Source of the DNA: Nanobdellota archaeon
GTDB lineage: Archaea; Nanobdellota; Nanobdellia; Pacearchaeales; GW2011-AR1
Direction of reading: 5' to 3'
Length of the DNA stretch: 63,012 nucleotides
Assembly: GCA_022561055.1 (NCBI GenBank)
Contig: JADFRY010000005.1
Span: forward strand, 1 to 63,012
Shown here: in pieces, positions 41,320 to 51,647 of the stretch
Layout of the letters: each line of letters begins with the position of its first letter
How positions within the stretch are numbered: position 1 is the first letter of the stretch
Notes under the pieces: model-generated
What the model was told of the DNA's origin: nothing
Databases searched by the model: none
What the model saw: only the letters and a program-made list of their open reading frames with translations
Translations under genes and position numbers: made by a program

Positions 41320-42682
41320 AGATGGTCAACAACATAGAAAAAAAGCAAAAGAATATTTTCCTTACTTTATAGAATATATATTCCCTCTTTCTTTTAAAAA
41401 ATATACAGTCGTAAAAGCACCTCACACGTGGAAATGGGCTAAACGAGTTCAAAATAATAAAAAGACTGCTACTTTATCTGCAAGAAAGCACTTGAAATCG
41501 ATTACAATGTATGCTTATCTAATGTGGAGATTATTTAGATTAGAAAGTGATCAAAGAGAAGAATGGGATTATATGAGTTATACAGCTCCAATGAGTGCAT
41601 ATCATACAGAGAATATTAAATTATTAATTCAATATAATCCTTTTTTTGTTGGCATACAAGACTATACATCAGGAAAAGCTCAGATAAATTACTCCTGGAA
41701 TGGTAAAAATAGATTTATAGTACAACCTACAGGAATACTCACTTTTAATAGAGGAAGACATCCATATGGAGTAATAGCAGACGATATCTTACAAGACCCT
41801 ACTAGTGAAATGAATTTTGCAATAATAGATAAAATCACTAGAATATTTATGGAACAAGTAATGAGTCTACCAAAAGAAGGTGGAGAAGTTCACTTAGTTG
41901 GAACAGCACAACATCAACAAGATTTATTCTTTAAACTAGAAAATAATCCTAGTTGGGATTGGGTAATGTATAAAGCTATGGTAAATGAAGCAAATAAAGA
42001 AACACTATGGCCAGAATTATTTAATTATAAAAGATTAGTTGAAATACGAACCAATGAGATAGGAGAAAAAGCATTCAATAAAGAATATCAGTGTAGTCCA
42101 GTTTGGTCAGAAGAGGCATATTTTAAACGTGACGAATTAATGAATGTAGTAGACAAAGATTTAAAGACTGCAAAACAACCAGCAGGAGAATGGAAAGCAG
42201 GTCAAATAGTGGCAGGACTAGATATAGGTAAAAAACGACATCCAAGTCACTTTGTAATATTTCATGAAAGAAAGGGACATTATACTCAAATTTATGAAAA
42301 ATTTATGGATAACTGGGACTATACTAAACAAGTAAACTTTATTAAAGATTTATCAAAGTTTTATCTAATAGATTTTATTTACTACGATGCGACTAGAGGA
42401 GAATTAGAAAGCTTTGTTGAACAGAATATAATTGATCCTTATATTTGGAAACCAATCATATTTTCAAACAGAACAAAATTCCAAATGGCTGGTAATTTCT
42501 CTAAGGCAGTCAACAATAAAACAATCACTTTATTCAATAGTCAAAGAATGATTGATAGTATTCTAAGTGTTAATAATGATCTACAAGCACCAGAAACTTA
42601 TGTAGGACATGGAGATGCTTTTTGGTCTATTTCATTAGCTTTAAAAGCAGAGTATATAGGTGGAGGATATTTTTCAATATAA
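41294..42682 (+). CDS. terL: Terminase large subunit
   Basis: ARKHLKS, RGRHP..IADD, VGT, EYQC, GLDIG, HGDAFWS. Confidence 0.92.
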   Translation: MELDTQEIKDGQQHRKKAKEYFPYFIEYIFPLSFKKYTVVKAPHTWKWAKRVQNNKKTATLSARKHLKSITMYAYLMWRLFRLESDQREEWDYMSYTAPMSAYHTENIKLLIQYNPFFVGIQDYTSGKAQINYSWNGKNRFIVQPTGILTFNRGRHPYGVIADDILQDPTSEMNFAIIDKITRIFMEQVMSLPKEGGEVHLVGTAQHQQDLFFKLENNPSWDWVMYKAMVNEANKETLWPELFNYKRLVEIRTNEIGEKAFNKEYQCSPVWSEEAYFKRDELMNVVDKDLKTAKQPAGEWKAGQIVAGLDIGKKRHPSHFVIFHERKGHYTQIYEKFMDNWDYTKQVNFIKDLSKFYLIDFIYYDATRGELESFVEQNIIDPYIWKPIIFSNRTKFQMAGNFSKAVNNKTITLFNSQRMIDSILSVNNDLQAPETYVGHGDAFWSISLALKAEYIGGGYFSI

Positions 42683-43314
42683 GTAGGTGAAATAATGAAC
42701 GATAAAGAAATATTAATAAAAGATATAGAAAAATATATAAAATCAATGGAAGTGTATAGAGAAGAAATATCTAACAATTATAAAATGCATCCAGAATTAA
42801 CATCTGAAGAAAGAAAAGATAGACAATATATTGTTGGAGAATCAAATAGACCTATACATTTATTAGAACGTGTGTTAAGAGCCCTAAAATAGTCATTATA
42901 AAATGATAACTAATGTTTAAATACTATTATAAATTATTACGTATAAGTTAATCAATTTATTTACTAGTGAAACAATTAAAAGATGGTGAGTGACTTTCAG
43001 AAATTTGTTCATAAAGAGGCAGTCAAATTTAGAAATAAAATGAGGAAGAAATATTTAAATGGATCATTAAGTCCAACCGAAGAAATATTTGTAGAGGCTT
43101 GGGATTGTAATCCTAAAACATATCTTGTTACCGAAGAACCTTTAACAATTGATGTAAATATTAAATTTATGATGAAACAATTTAAATGAACATAGATCCA
43201 TAGAGGAAGATTTAAAAAATCCTAAATTAAGAGAGAATCCTATAATTCAGGCAAAACTAAAAAGCCATAAAGAACTACTGAAAGAACTAGAAAATTCTAA
43301 TATCGAGTAACGAT

Positions 43315-43334
43315 TATATAATATCTTTATCAAT
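43315..43334 (+). promoter_or_regulatory. Late-gene motif TATATA-N8-ATCAAT
   Basis: Five copies (43315, 45448, 48722, 53637, 61902), each before a virion gene block. Confidence 0.65.
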
Positions 43335-43365
43335 ATATTTAATTGTTTTTTAACTAACTAAACAT

Positions 43366-45261
43366 ATGGTTAAGAAGAATGCTGAACAGCATAGTGGATA
43401 TATTGCAGTAACTAACGAAGATAAGGTAAAAGTACAATTAGCTTTTAAAGGTGAAAGCATTGATGAAGAGAGTATTTTTCCAAAAGGATTAGGAGCGAGG
43501 CATCCTTTTGATTTTGAGAGTGCAGAAAAATTAGGTAAGAAAAGTGGACTCGTCCTAGCAACAGTAAGCAAATTAGCAGACTGGATAGTCAGTGATTTTG
43601 AGGTTAAATTAAAGAATCCAAACGCACAGACATTAGTAAACAGTTTTCTTCATGATACTAATTTCCGTCAAGTTATGAGAGAATGGGTCAGAGAAGGATT
43701 ACTTAAAGGAAATGGATTTATTGAAATTGATTTAATTGATCAAAAAGTAAGAATATTAAATGCTAATTCTATGTATGTTAGAAGAAATAATAAAGGAAAA
43801 GTTCTAGGTTATACACAATGGGTAAAACCTTTCAAGAAATTTAGTAGAGCACAATTAAACGAAACTAATACATTTAAACCAAATGAAATAGCACACTTGT
43901 TAATTAATAAGACACCAAATGAACCATACGGTATTGGAATCATTTATCCAAATGAAAGAATCATAGAAAACTTAATTCAAAATGAACAGGACCTTCAATT
44001 AATAATCAGTAGAAAAGCTGGAGCTCCTTATCATATTAAAGTAGGACAACCAGGAAGTAATACTCCTAAGGCAGTAGTAGATGCAGTTAAAGCAAATCTT
44101 CAATATTTAAGAAGTACTGTTGAATGGGTTACAGATGGAGATACTGATATTAGTTCTATTGATTTCAAGGACTTAGGTAAAAGCTTAACAGAATCACAAA
44201 TGTATTTCTTTAGACAATATTTAACTGGTGTAGAAATACCTGAAGTTATTATGGGATCAGGTCAACTAAATGAAGGGATAGCAAAAGTTCAAATAGCAAC
44301 ATTAAAAATAAAAATATCATCTTATCGTGGTCAAATCGCTGCGATAGCAGAAGAGAAAATAATTAGACCATTATTAAAAGCAAATAATTTAGATGAAGTA
44401 CCAGACTTTATTTGGAACTTACCTTCTGAGGAAGAAATAAATGAAAGAATTGTAAAAATTAAAGAACTATTAAGTTTGCTAGTGATTAGTCCTCCAATGA
44501 AAGCAGCATTAGAAATAGAATTAGCCAAGTTATTAGGCTTTGAAGATATTATAACTTTTTTAGTCGATCCTAAAGATGCTCAAGAACAAGCAGACGAAAA
44601 AGAAAGAAAAGAAGAAGAAGAAATACCTCAACCAGAAGTACCTGGAGTTAAACCAAACGCTAACGAGTCTTTAGATATTAAAGATAAAAAACATGGTAAG
44701 AAGAAACCAAAAACGAAAGAAAATAGTGGAGATTACACAATTAAAGAGTGGATAGACTTAAAAGAATTAGCAGGTTTCAATTATGCAGATTATCTAATTG
44801 AAATATTAAAATTATTAAAGAATGATCCGTTCGTAGATTTAAAAGCAATTACTGAAGCAGATATAGCAAAGGGTTTACTAAGCAAGGAAGAAGTAGAAAA
44901 ATTAAGATTCGTTCTAAAAGACGGATTCAGTAATAATCAAACAATTAAAGAAATTGAAGATAATATAATTAATAAAGTTAAAATAAGAGATAGAGTAACT
45001 AAAACAGGTGCAATAATAAATAGTACAAGTCGAGCAAGCAATATTGCTAGAACTGAAACCGTTAGATTAGCAAATCAAGGACTATTAAATTTATATAGAC
45101 AAAACGGAATAGAAAGAGTAAGGTTTTTAGCATCAATAAGTGCTAGAACCTGTCCAACATGTGAAGGACTAAACGGACAAGTCTTCACTATGAATGATTC
45201 AGAAGGAATAATTCCAGTACATGATCGATGTAGATGTACTTGGATTAGTATATTAGAATGA
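43366..45261 (+). CDS. Portal protein fused to a MuF/SPP1 gp7-like domain
   Basis: Portal features (GNGFIE, EIAH, PYG) after terL; C-terminal IARTE..RTCPTC..PVHDRCRC. Confidence 0.88.
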   Translation: MVKKNAEQHSGYIAVTNEDKVKVQLAFKGESIDEESIFPKGLGARHPFDFESAEKLGKKSGLVLATVSKLADWIVSDFEVKLKNPNAQTLVNSFLHDTNFRQVMREWVREGLLKGNGFIEIDLIDQKVRILNANSMYVRRNNKGKVLGYTQWVKPFKKFSRAQLNETNTFKPNEIAHLLINKTPNEPYGIGIIYPNERIIENLIQNEQDLQLIISRKAGAPYHIKVGQPGSNTPKAVVDAVKANLQYLRSTVEWVTDGDTDISSIDFKDLGKSLTESQMYFFRQYLTGVEIPEVIMGSGQLNEGIAKVQIATLKIKISSYRGQIAAIAEEKIIRPLLKANNLDEVPDFIWNLPSEEEINERIVKIKELLSLLVISPPMKAALEIELAKLLGFEDIITFLVDPKDAQEQADEKERKEEEEIPQPEVPGVKPNANESLDIKDKKHGKKKPKTKENSGDYTIKEWIDLKELAGFNYADYLIEILKLLKNDPFVDLKAITEADIAKGLLSKEEVEKLRFVLKDGFSNNQTIKEIEDNIINKVKIRDRVTKTGAIINSTSRASNIARTETVRLANQGLLNLYRQNGIERVRFLASISARTCPTCEGLNGQVFTMNDSEGIIPVHDRCRCTWISILE

Positions 45262-45492
45262 AAATAATAAAATGAAAATTTTAAATAAATCACTTTGTCA
45301 AATATGTGAAAAAGAACAATCATTAGGAGTATTTAGAAATAAGTGGATTTGTGGTAGATGTTTATTAAAATTTGAAAATAAAATAAATCAAGAAAGAGAT
45401 AAATTTTTAGATATTGTTGAAAACGATATTAAAAACAAGAATTAAATTATATAACATATAACTCAATAAATAAAAATGAAATATAACTTAAA

Positions 45493-45723
45493 ATGGCAGG
45501 ACAAGTAGTAATAGCAGGAAGTGGATGGGGAAATCAAGTCCGAGCAACATCCAAAGGAGAATTAGTAGTAACAGGAAGTTTTGTTAATACTACAGGTGCA
45601 TCAGCACTTAGACAGTTTGATAATACTCAAATTAATGAAAATATCCTTACAGAGTTAAAAAGAATTAATACTTATATGAGTCTAATAACAGATGAGGAAA
45701 TTAAAGAAGACGATATAATATAA
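45493..45723 (+). CDS. Putative minor virion protein
   Basis: Position and late motif upstream. Confidence 0.45.
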   Translation: MAGQVVIAGSGWGNQVRATSKGELVVTGSFVNTTGASALRQFDNTQINENILTELKRINTYMSLITDEEIKEDDII

Positions 45724-45732
45724 GGAGGAAAA

Positions 45733-46266
45733 ATGGTAAAAATAGAAGATGGAAAAGGTAGAGGATTTAGTGCAGAGGTTACAGATGAACAACATTTATC
45801 TGTAGATGCTACTACTGATAAAAGAGTTTCACATGAATCTAGAGAACATGGTCGAGCTTTCGTTTGGACAAGTACATTTGGGACTGGTACAACAGATGTA
45901 GAAGTATTATATATAAAAAACACTTCAACAACAAGAAATCTATTTATTGATTCTATGAGATATTCAGCAAGTGCAGCATGTATATTCTCTGTGTTTAAAC
46001 ACACTGGGACAGCAACTGGTACTGCAATAACAGGAGAGAATTTAAACTTTACAAGTTCAAATGATCCAGAAGCCACAAGTTTAGGTAATGGAGCAGTTAC
46101 AGCAGGAACTATCGGTAATGCTATAGCTTTTATGCAAGTCGGAGCAAACTCAGATTCTAATAGAAATTGGAATGGTGAAGTGATTTTAGGAGAAGGAGAT
46201 TCAATCATAGTTACAGCAAGTGCTAATGCAACAGTGCATTTAGCAATAACAGGATTTTTCGAATAA
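45733..46266 (+). CDS. Putative minor virion protein
   Basis: G/S/T-rich beta protein; GGAGG RBS. Confidence 0.5.
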   Translation: MVKIEDGKGRGFSAEVTDEQHLSVDATTDKRVSHESREHGRAFVWTSTFGTGTTDVEVLYIKNTSTTRNLFIDSMRYSASAACIFSVFKHTGTATGTAITGENLNFTSSNDPEATSLGNGAVTAGTIGNAIAFMQVGANSDSNRNWNGEVILGEGDSIIVTASANATVHLAITGFFE

Positions 46267-46267
46267 A

Positions 46268-47371
46268 ATGGTGATTAAAACCACTATCCTAGATGGGGAT
46301 GGTAAAGGCATTTCTTCACATGTTCATAGATTTGCAAAAGGTTTACACGCTGGACAAATAGTTTTAACAGAAGGATTAGCTAAATTTGATCCTGAATTTC
46401 ATCCTTTTTTAAACGAGAGTTTCGGTACAGCTATGAATCAATCGGTTGTGTTTACTGGAGGATCGGAATTAATAACTAATGGTAGTGATGTGGCAGCATG
46501 GACTACAGCAATAGGTGCAGGAACTTGGGACTTTAATGATGCAACTGGTAAAACTGGTTCAAGTGTTTCTTTAACAAATGGAAATAATAATGATTTTGCT
46601 ATTTTTACAGATAGTGGATCAACTGATTTCGGAGCACACACAGCATTAACAGGACAAATCAGACTAGAGACATATAATGATTCACTCAACAATCTTAATC
46701 TTCAATTTCAATTAGCTAATTTAAATATAGGCAATTCAGTAAATTTGAATGACTTCATTGATACTGGATTACTTAATTCATATCAAGGGTTTGTTATACC
46801 TAAAGAAGATTTTGGGATAACTACTCAATATGTGGATGAACTAGATTTTACATTAACTCGAATAGGTGGTACAAAACCTATATTTAGATTCGATGATATA
46901 CAAATTGAAGTAAGTGGAACACCTCTTGTTTTTACAGCAGATGTTGAAAAAGATGAAGTATTTTGTATAACTGAACTAAGAATAGCGATAGCAGATGTAC
47001 TTGCTAGTACAGTAGCAAATGGTACAATGGAAGGACTTTCTTATGATAAATTATTAGATTTGGTTAAACTAGCTAACGGAATAATTTTTCAAAGAATACA
47101 AAATGGAAAACCAGTATTTTCAGTAACAATAAAACAATTAGGAGACTTCTTATCTACTGGTTCAAATTTAGTAAATCATATTTCTGATGGAACTAACACA
47201 TTTATAACTTTATTAATCGAATTCCCTGAACCAATTGTATTAGATGGTTCAAAAGGAGATAAATTAATTTTTATAATAAATGATGATTTATCTGGGTTAT
47301 TACAGTTTACGGCAGCAGCTAGAGGATCAATTAAAAAAGTAGATAAAAAATCTATTCTTGAGGACCCATAA
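46268..47371 (+). CDS. Putative virion protein with a carbohydrate-binding-like domain
   Basis: ELITNG..W..FRFDDIQI jelly-roll-like pattern. Confidence 0.45.
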   Translation: MVIKTTILDGDGKGISSHVHRFAKGLHAGQIVLTEGLAKFDPEFHPFLNESFGTAMNQSVVFTGGSELITNGSDVAAWTTAIGAGTWDFNDATGKTGSSVSLTNGNNNDFAIFTDSGSTDFGAHTALTGQIRLETYNDSLNNLNLQFQLANLNIGNSVNLNDFIDTGLLNSYQGFVIPKEDFGITTQYVDELDFTLTRIGGTKPIFRFDDIQIEVSGTPLVFTADVEKDEVFCITELRIAIADVLASTVANGTMEGLSYDKLLDLVKLANGIIFQRIQNGKPVFSVTIKQLGDFLSTGSNLVNHISDGTNTFITLLIEFPEPIVLDGSKGDKLIFIINDDLSGLLQFTAAARGSIKKVDKKSILEDP

Positions 47372-47700
47372 TGGTAATAATACATAAACAAACAAGACAA
47401 AGAGTAGTAGCAGACAGATTTAACACAGACATAGTATTTGATGCAAAAAGTCAATCAGATGCTTTAAATGTAGATGTAATACCGGTTATAGGTGGATGGA
47501 CAGATCAAACAGGAACAGGCGGTCCTCCTACTAAACAACAACTATTTTTTGCTGGTATTGCAGATAAATTCTTTGGTACAGATGTTTGGTTGGAGAGAGC
47601 AAGTTTAAGTCAATTGGATAATCTAGGTAATAGAACCGAAACTACTCGGCAGAGACAAAGAAGAATTTTCATGGATTTAAAAAATCAACCAAATTTCTAA
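47371..47700 (+). CDS. Hypothetical protein
   Basis: TAATG coupling to the upstream gene. Confidence 0.5.
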   Translation: MVIIHKQTRQRVVADRFNTDIVFDAKSQSDALNVDVIPVIGGWTDQTGTGGPPTKQQLFFAGIADKFFGTDVWLERASLSQLDNLGNRTETTRQRQRRIFMDLKNQPNF

Positions 47701-47809
47701 AAACTACAATATAACCGAATTAGTTTATAAGTAAATCGGTATTAAAGCACATTTCTTATTTTTTTCATAAAAATAACATATATAAACTATTAATTCTTCA
47801 ATTAATCAC

Positions 47810-47881
47810 TGCAGTGTGGTCTAATGGCTAGGACACAAGGCTCATGTCCTTGAGAAGGCAGTTCGATTCTGTCCACTGCAA
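47810..47881 (+). tRNA. tRNA-CAT (Met, or Ile2)
   Basis: TGCAGTG/CACTGCA; CAAGG-CTCATGT-CCTTG; T-loop TTCGATT. Confidence 0.85.
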
Positions 47882-47897
47882 TTTCCTCAGTGTCCAT

Positions 47898-47968
47898 GGA
47901 GTATTAGTTTAATGATAGAATACTTGATTCCAAACCAAGAGATCATGGTTTGATTCCGTGATACTCCA
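47898..47968 (+). tRNA. tRNA-Trp(CCA), degenerate
   Basis: GGAGTAT/ATACTCC; loop TT-CCA-AA; T-loop TTTGATT; no D-loop GG. Confidence 0.7.
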
Positions 47969-47969
47969 T

Positions 47970-48049
47970 GCCGTTGTTGAGCAGTGGTAGCTCACCGAGC
48001 TTGAACCTCGGTTCCATAGTGTATGAAGGTTCAATTCCTTCCAACGGCG
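47970..48049 (+). tRNA. tRNA-Ser(TGA)
   Basis: GCCGTTG/CAACGGC; CCGAG-CTTGAAC-CTCGG; long variable region; G73. Confidence 0.8.
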
Positions 48050-48051
48050 TT

Positions 48052-48133
48052 GCCAGTATGACAGAGTAGTAATGTGCCAGCTTGCTAAGCTGAGACTTCG
48101 AAAGATGCGTTGGTGCAAATCCAGCTGCTGGCG
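48052..48133 (+). tRNA. tRNA-Ser(GCT)
   Basis: GCCAGTA/TGCTGGC; loop TT-GCT-AA; long variable arm; G73. Confidence 0.8.
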
Positions 48134-48135
48134 TT

Positions 48136-48206
48136 GCCTTAATAGTCTAGTGGTAAGACCTCCGGCTGTCTACTGGAAGACCTGAGTTCGATTCTCAGTT
48201 AAGGCG
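48136..48206 (+). tRNA. tRNA-Asp(GTC)
   Basis: GCCTTAA/TTAAGGC; TCCGG-CTGTCTA-CTGGA. Confidence 0.88.
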
Positions 48207-48208
48207 TT

Positions 48209-48282
48209 GCCCTGTTCGTCTAGATGGACAAGGATATCAGACTTTCAATCTGAGGACCTGGGTTCGAATCCCAGACAGGGCG
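48209..48282 (+). tRNA. tRNA-Glu(TTC)
   Basis: GCCCTGT/ACAGGGC; TCAGA-CTTTCAA-TCTGA. Confidence 0.9.
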
Positions 48283-48772
48283 TTTATTCTTCATAGAACC
48301 ATTCTAACGATTTATAAGGTTTTCATTTTTTTATTTTTGAAATATGTTTGTAGAGAGTTTAATACTCATGAAAAGTTTAAATAAACTAAACACTTTATTA
48401 ATATATAGATATAAGGAGGTAAAAAAACATGAATAAAGGACACACATGGGAACAAAGTCATGCCATGAAAGAAGAATGGGAAAGTTGGCAGTTTTTGTTT
48501 GGTGAAATGTTAAAAGCTTTTAACTTAACTAGAGAAGAATTAAATAAGAAGAAGTATAAGGGAGTGTTTGATGCAATATATGTTTGGGCTGAGTTTGAAA
48601 CAGTGAGAGAGGATTTATTGGGTAAGAGAGAATATAAATCTGCTCTTCCATTTCCAAAATAACTATTGTAAGGATTAACTAAAATCATTATTTTTTTTAT
48701 TAAAATTCTCTTTCTTTTCATTATATAACCCAATTATCAATTTATATTAATTATAATTTACATAAGTTATGT

Positions 48773-49723
48773 ATGCAACAAATTAATTTATCTTATAGTG
48801 TTCCAATTAAAGTAATTGAAGCTATTGAAGATACAGATCAATTTATAATTCAAGGCACTGCAATAAGTGCAACAGTTACTGATAATCAACATAAATTTTT
48901 AGCTGAAGAATTAGAATTAGCAGCAGATACTTTGAAAAATAGACCTTTACTTAAAGATCATGATAATTTAACAGATAGTGTAGTTGGTAGAGTAATATCA
49001 GCAGATTTTGATCCTAGTTCTGAGAGTATTGTATTCAAAGCAAGAATTAATTCAACAGATCAAGGAATTAAAATAAAAGAATTAATTAAAAGTGGAGATT
49101 TAAATACTGTTAGTATAGGAGCAAATATTGAAAGTATGGACGAAGAAGATGGATTAATGATTCCAAGAGGAATTAAATTCAAAGAATTAAGTGTTGTCGC
49201 AGTACCAGCAGATGATTCAGCTGAATTTGTTTTCAGAGGAACTAATTTTAATTTAGCATTACAGGAAGCATATAGAAATAAGAAAAAGAAAATTAAACAA
49301 TATTCAACCTCATCAGAGGATAATAAAATAAATAAAAAGGAGGAAGACATGGAAAAAGACGAGACAGTCAAAGCATTCGAAGAAAGACTCGACTCACAGG
49401 ATAAGAAACTTGATGCTCAATCAGAAGTTCTTGCAGAAGTTCTTGAAAGTTTAAAAGCAATGAAAGAATCAGATCAAGACGAAAAAGCAGAAAAAGAAGA
49501 AGCAGAAAAAACAAAGGCTGAGGAAGATGAAAAAGCTGAAGAAGCATTGAAAGTTAAAGCAACAGAAGATGCTGAAAAGGCAAAAGCTGATGAAGAAGCA
49601 AAAGCAAAGGCTGAAGCAGAAGATGAATCAGAAGAGGAAGACGACGAAGATGTTGACGAAAAGAGCAAATACAAAATTGTTCAAGGATATAAGTCTTTTA
49701 CCGTTGAAAGAAAATATAGATAA
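48773..49723 (+). CDS. HK97-type prohead protease with an acidic scaffold tail
   Basis: PLLKDH, VSIG, ELSVVAVPAD; E/K/A-rich C-terminus. Confidence 0.9.
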   Translation: MQQINLSYSVPIKVIEAIEDTDQFIIQGTAISATVTDNQHKFLAEELELAADTLKNRPLLKDHDNLTDSVVGRVISADFDPSSESIVFKARINSTDQGIKIKELIKSGDLNTVSIGANIESMDEEDGLMIPRGIKFKELSVVAVPADDSAEFVFRGTNFNLALQEAYRNKKKKIKQYSTSSEDNKINKKEEDMEKDETVKAFEERLDSQDKKLDAQSEVLAEVLESLKAMKESDQDEKAEKEEAEKTKAEEDEKAEEALKVKATEDAEKAKADEEAKAKAEAEDESEEEDDEDVDEKSKYKIVQGYKSFTVERKYR

Positions 49724-50175
49724 TGGCAGGATTCGGAGCAACAGCAGTCGGAGGAGCAATCGATATAGTTTTTGATGGTGGAGTACCTAGAAGCTTTTCA
49801 GCGAGAGCTAGAGAAGTAATTTCAGGTGGACAATTCGTAGTAGTCTCAGGCGCGCAAGCAGTTGTAGGAAGTACAATCGCCGAATATATTCCAGGAAGTA
49901 TTGTAGTAACTTTAATTAAAGATACTGACTTTGCAAATGGTATAGCTTTACATAATGTAGGAAGTAACGAAGTTGTTGCAGTAGCAACAAGAGGAACATA
50001 TATTACAGTTTCAGCAGATGCAATATCTGGAGGAGCAGCAGTATATGCATTCAATACATTACCACATGCAGTAAAGAAAGCACCTATTAATGAAAATTAT
50101 TCAGGTACAATAATCGGAAGAGCAATAACAGCAGCAGGTAGTGAAGAATTTTTACTTGTCGATTTCAGTTTTTAA
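49723..50175 (+). CDS. Capsid cement/decoration protein (DUF2190-like)
   Basis: GIAL..VAV..RG..IIGRA; lies between protease and MCP. Confidence 0.65.
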   Translation: MAGFGATAVGGAIDIVFDGGVPRSFSARAREVISGGQFVVVSGAQAVVGSTIAEYIPGSIVVTLIKDTDFANGIALHNVGSNEVVAVATRGTYITVSADAISGGAAVYAFNTLPHAVKKAPINENYSGTIIGRAITAAGSEEFLLVDFSF

Positions 50176-50176
50176 T

Positions 50177-51034
50177 ATGGCATTTAAAAAGATTAAAGAA
50201 TATATTAGTACTGATGACGCGACAGCAGGAACACTATTAATACCACAAACAATATTAGCAACTCTTATAGAGGAAACTGATAAAAATTTGTTAGATAGAA
50301 GCTTAGCTAGATTTGTATTAGGTCCAAGCCAAATTCCAGGTAGCCAAATTAGTGTAAATTTAAACGTACACGATACTGGTAAAATCAGGGAAGTTGGAGA
50401 AGGTGCAGAAATTCCATTAGATGCTGGTGATTATGAAGCAGTGACATTCACACCCGTGAAGTTCGGTGTTTCAATAAGAATTACTGGAGAAATGATGGAA
50501 GATAGTCAATTCCCTTTACTTCAAGATCAAATAAGAACATTTGGTCGAAGATTTGCAGAGAATGAAACTAAGTTAATTTTAACATCACTAGATGGAGCAA
50601 ACATTACAATAACAGGTGGAGCAAGTATTACAGTTGCAAACATTACAACTGGTATGCAAAATCTATGGGATGAAGATTTCTCACCAAGCGATATAATCGT
50701 AGGTGCAGCAGTTTTAAATGATATTATGAACATAGATACTTTCGCTGAAGCAGATAAGTGGGGCGGAGTAACAGCAAATCAAACAGGACAAATAGGAAGA
50801 ATATACGGTATGAATTTACATTTATTCTCAAGAAATGCAGCACCAGCGACAAACTATAATCTAAGAGCATATATCTTAGATAGAAGAGAAGCTTTTGCTA
50901 TAGCAATTAAGAGAGATATAACAGTAGAAAATGTTATGTTACCACTATTTGATATGGAAGGCGCAGTGATTACACAAAGAATCGATGTACAACTATTAAA
51001 GTCGAGAGCAGTTACTTTAATAACAACAACATAA
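50177..51034 (+). CDS. Major capsid protein (HK97 fold)
   Basis: GTLLIPQ, VGEGAEIP, KFG..ITGEMMEDS, GRIYG, QRID. Confidence 0.92.
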   Translation: MAFKKIKEYISTDDATAGTLLIPQTILATLIEETDKNLLDRSLARFVLGPSQIPGSQISVNLNVHDTGKIREVGEGAEIPLDAGDYEAVTFTPVKFGVSIRITGEMMEDSQFPLLQDQIRTFGRRFAENETKLILTSLDGANITITGGASITVANITTGMQNLWDEDFSPSDIIVGAAVLNDIMNIDTFAEADKWGGVTANQTGQIGRIYGMNLHLFSRNAAPATNYNLRAYILDRREAFAIAIKRDITVENVMLPLFDMEGAVITQRIDVQLLKSRAVTLITTT

Positions 51035-51125
51035 ATTTATTTTATTTATTTTTGTTAGTTTTCAATTATTTTATGGTAAAACTAACAGTCGTAAGACTTT
51101 AAACTAAATTAGGAGAAAAATATAA

Positions 51126-51620
51126 ATGGCAGGAATGGTAGATGGATTAGGTGGAGAAGAAGTTAACCAAGACGTAAACGTACAAACAGGAAGTATTATT
51201 ACTCAAGGTCCAATTAGTGGAGCGGGTACTATATTTGGAGCAGATATAGTTGGAACTACTTCTATTAGTGGTTTGAATTTATTTGCAACAGGATCAGGAA
51301 CATTTGGAAGAATTAGAAATGCAGATGGTGCATTATTACCAATAAGTGAAGGAAGTCCAGCTATGTACGGTTTAACTATGCAAGTAGGAACAGTAACTAC
51401 AGATTCAAATGGAATCGGAGATATAAATTTAGGATTAACATTTGCAAATGCAACATGGAGCTTATCTTTAACACCAGGAAGTACAGCAGTAGTAGCAGGA
51501 AACTTAACAGTTATAGGAAGTATGATACCAGTAGTTAGTGGACTGAAAGTTACATCTGGAACAGTATTCTATGGTGGAGACACTCAACCTTATGATTATT
51601 TTGCAGTAGGATTAATTTAA
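51126..51620 (+). CDS. Virion protein (fibre or decoration-like)
   Basis: G/T/S-rich; follows the MCP. Confidence 0.5.
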   Translation: MAGMVDGLGGEEVNQDVNVQTGSIITQGPISGAGTIFGADIVGTTSISGLNLFATGSGTFGRIRNADGALLPISEGSPAMYGLTMQVGTVTTDSNGIGDINLGLTFANATWSLSLTPGSTAVVAGNLTVIGSMIPVVSGLKVTSGTVFYGGDTQPYDYFAVGLI

Positions 51621-51647
51621 TTTTACTTCGGGTAGTTGAAATAGAAA

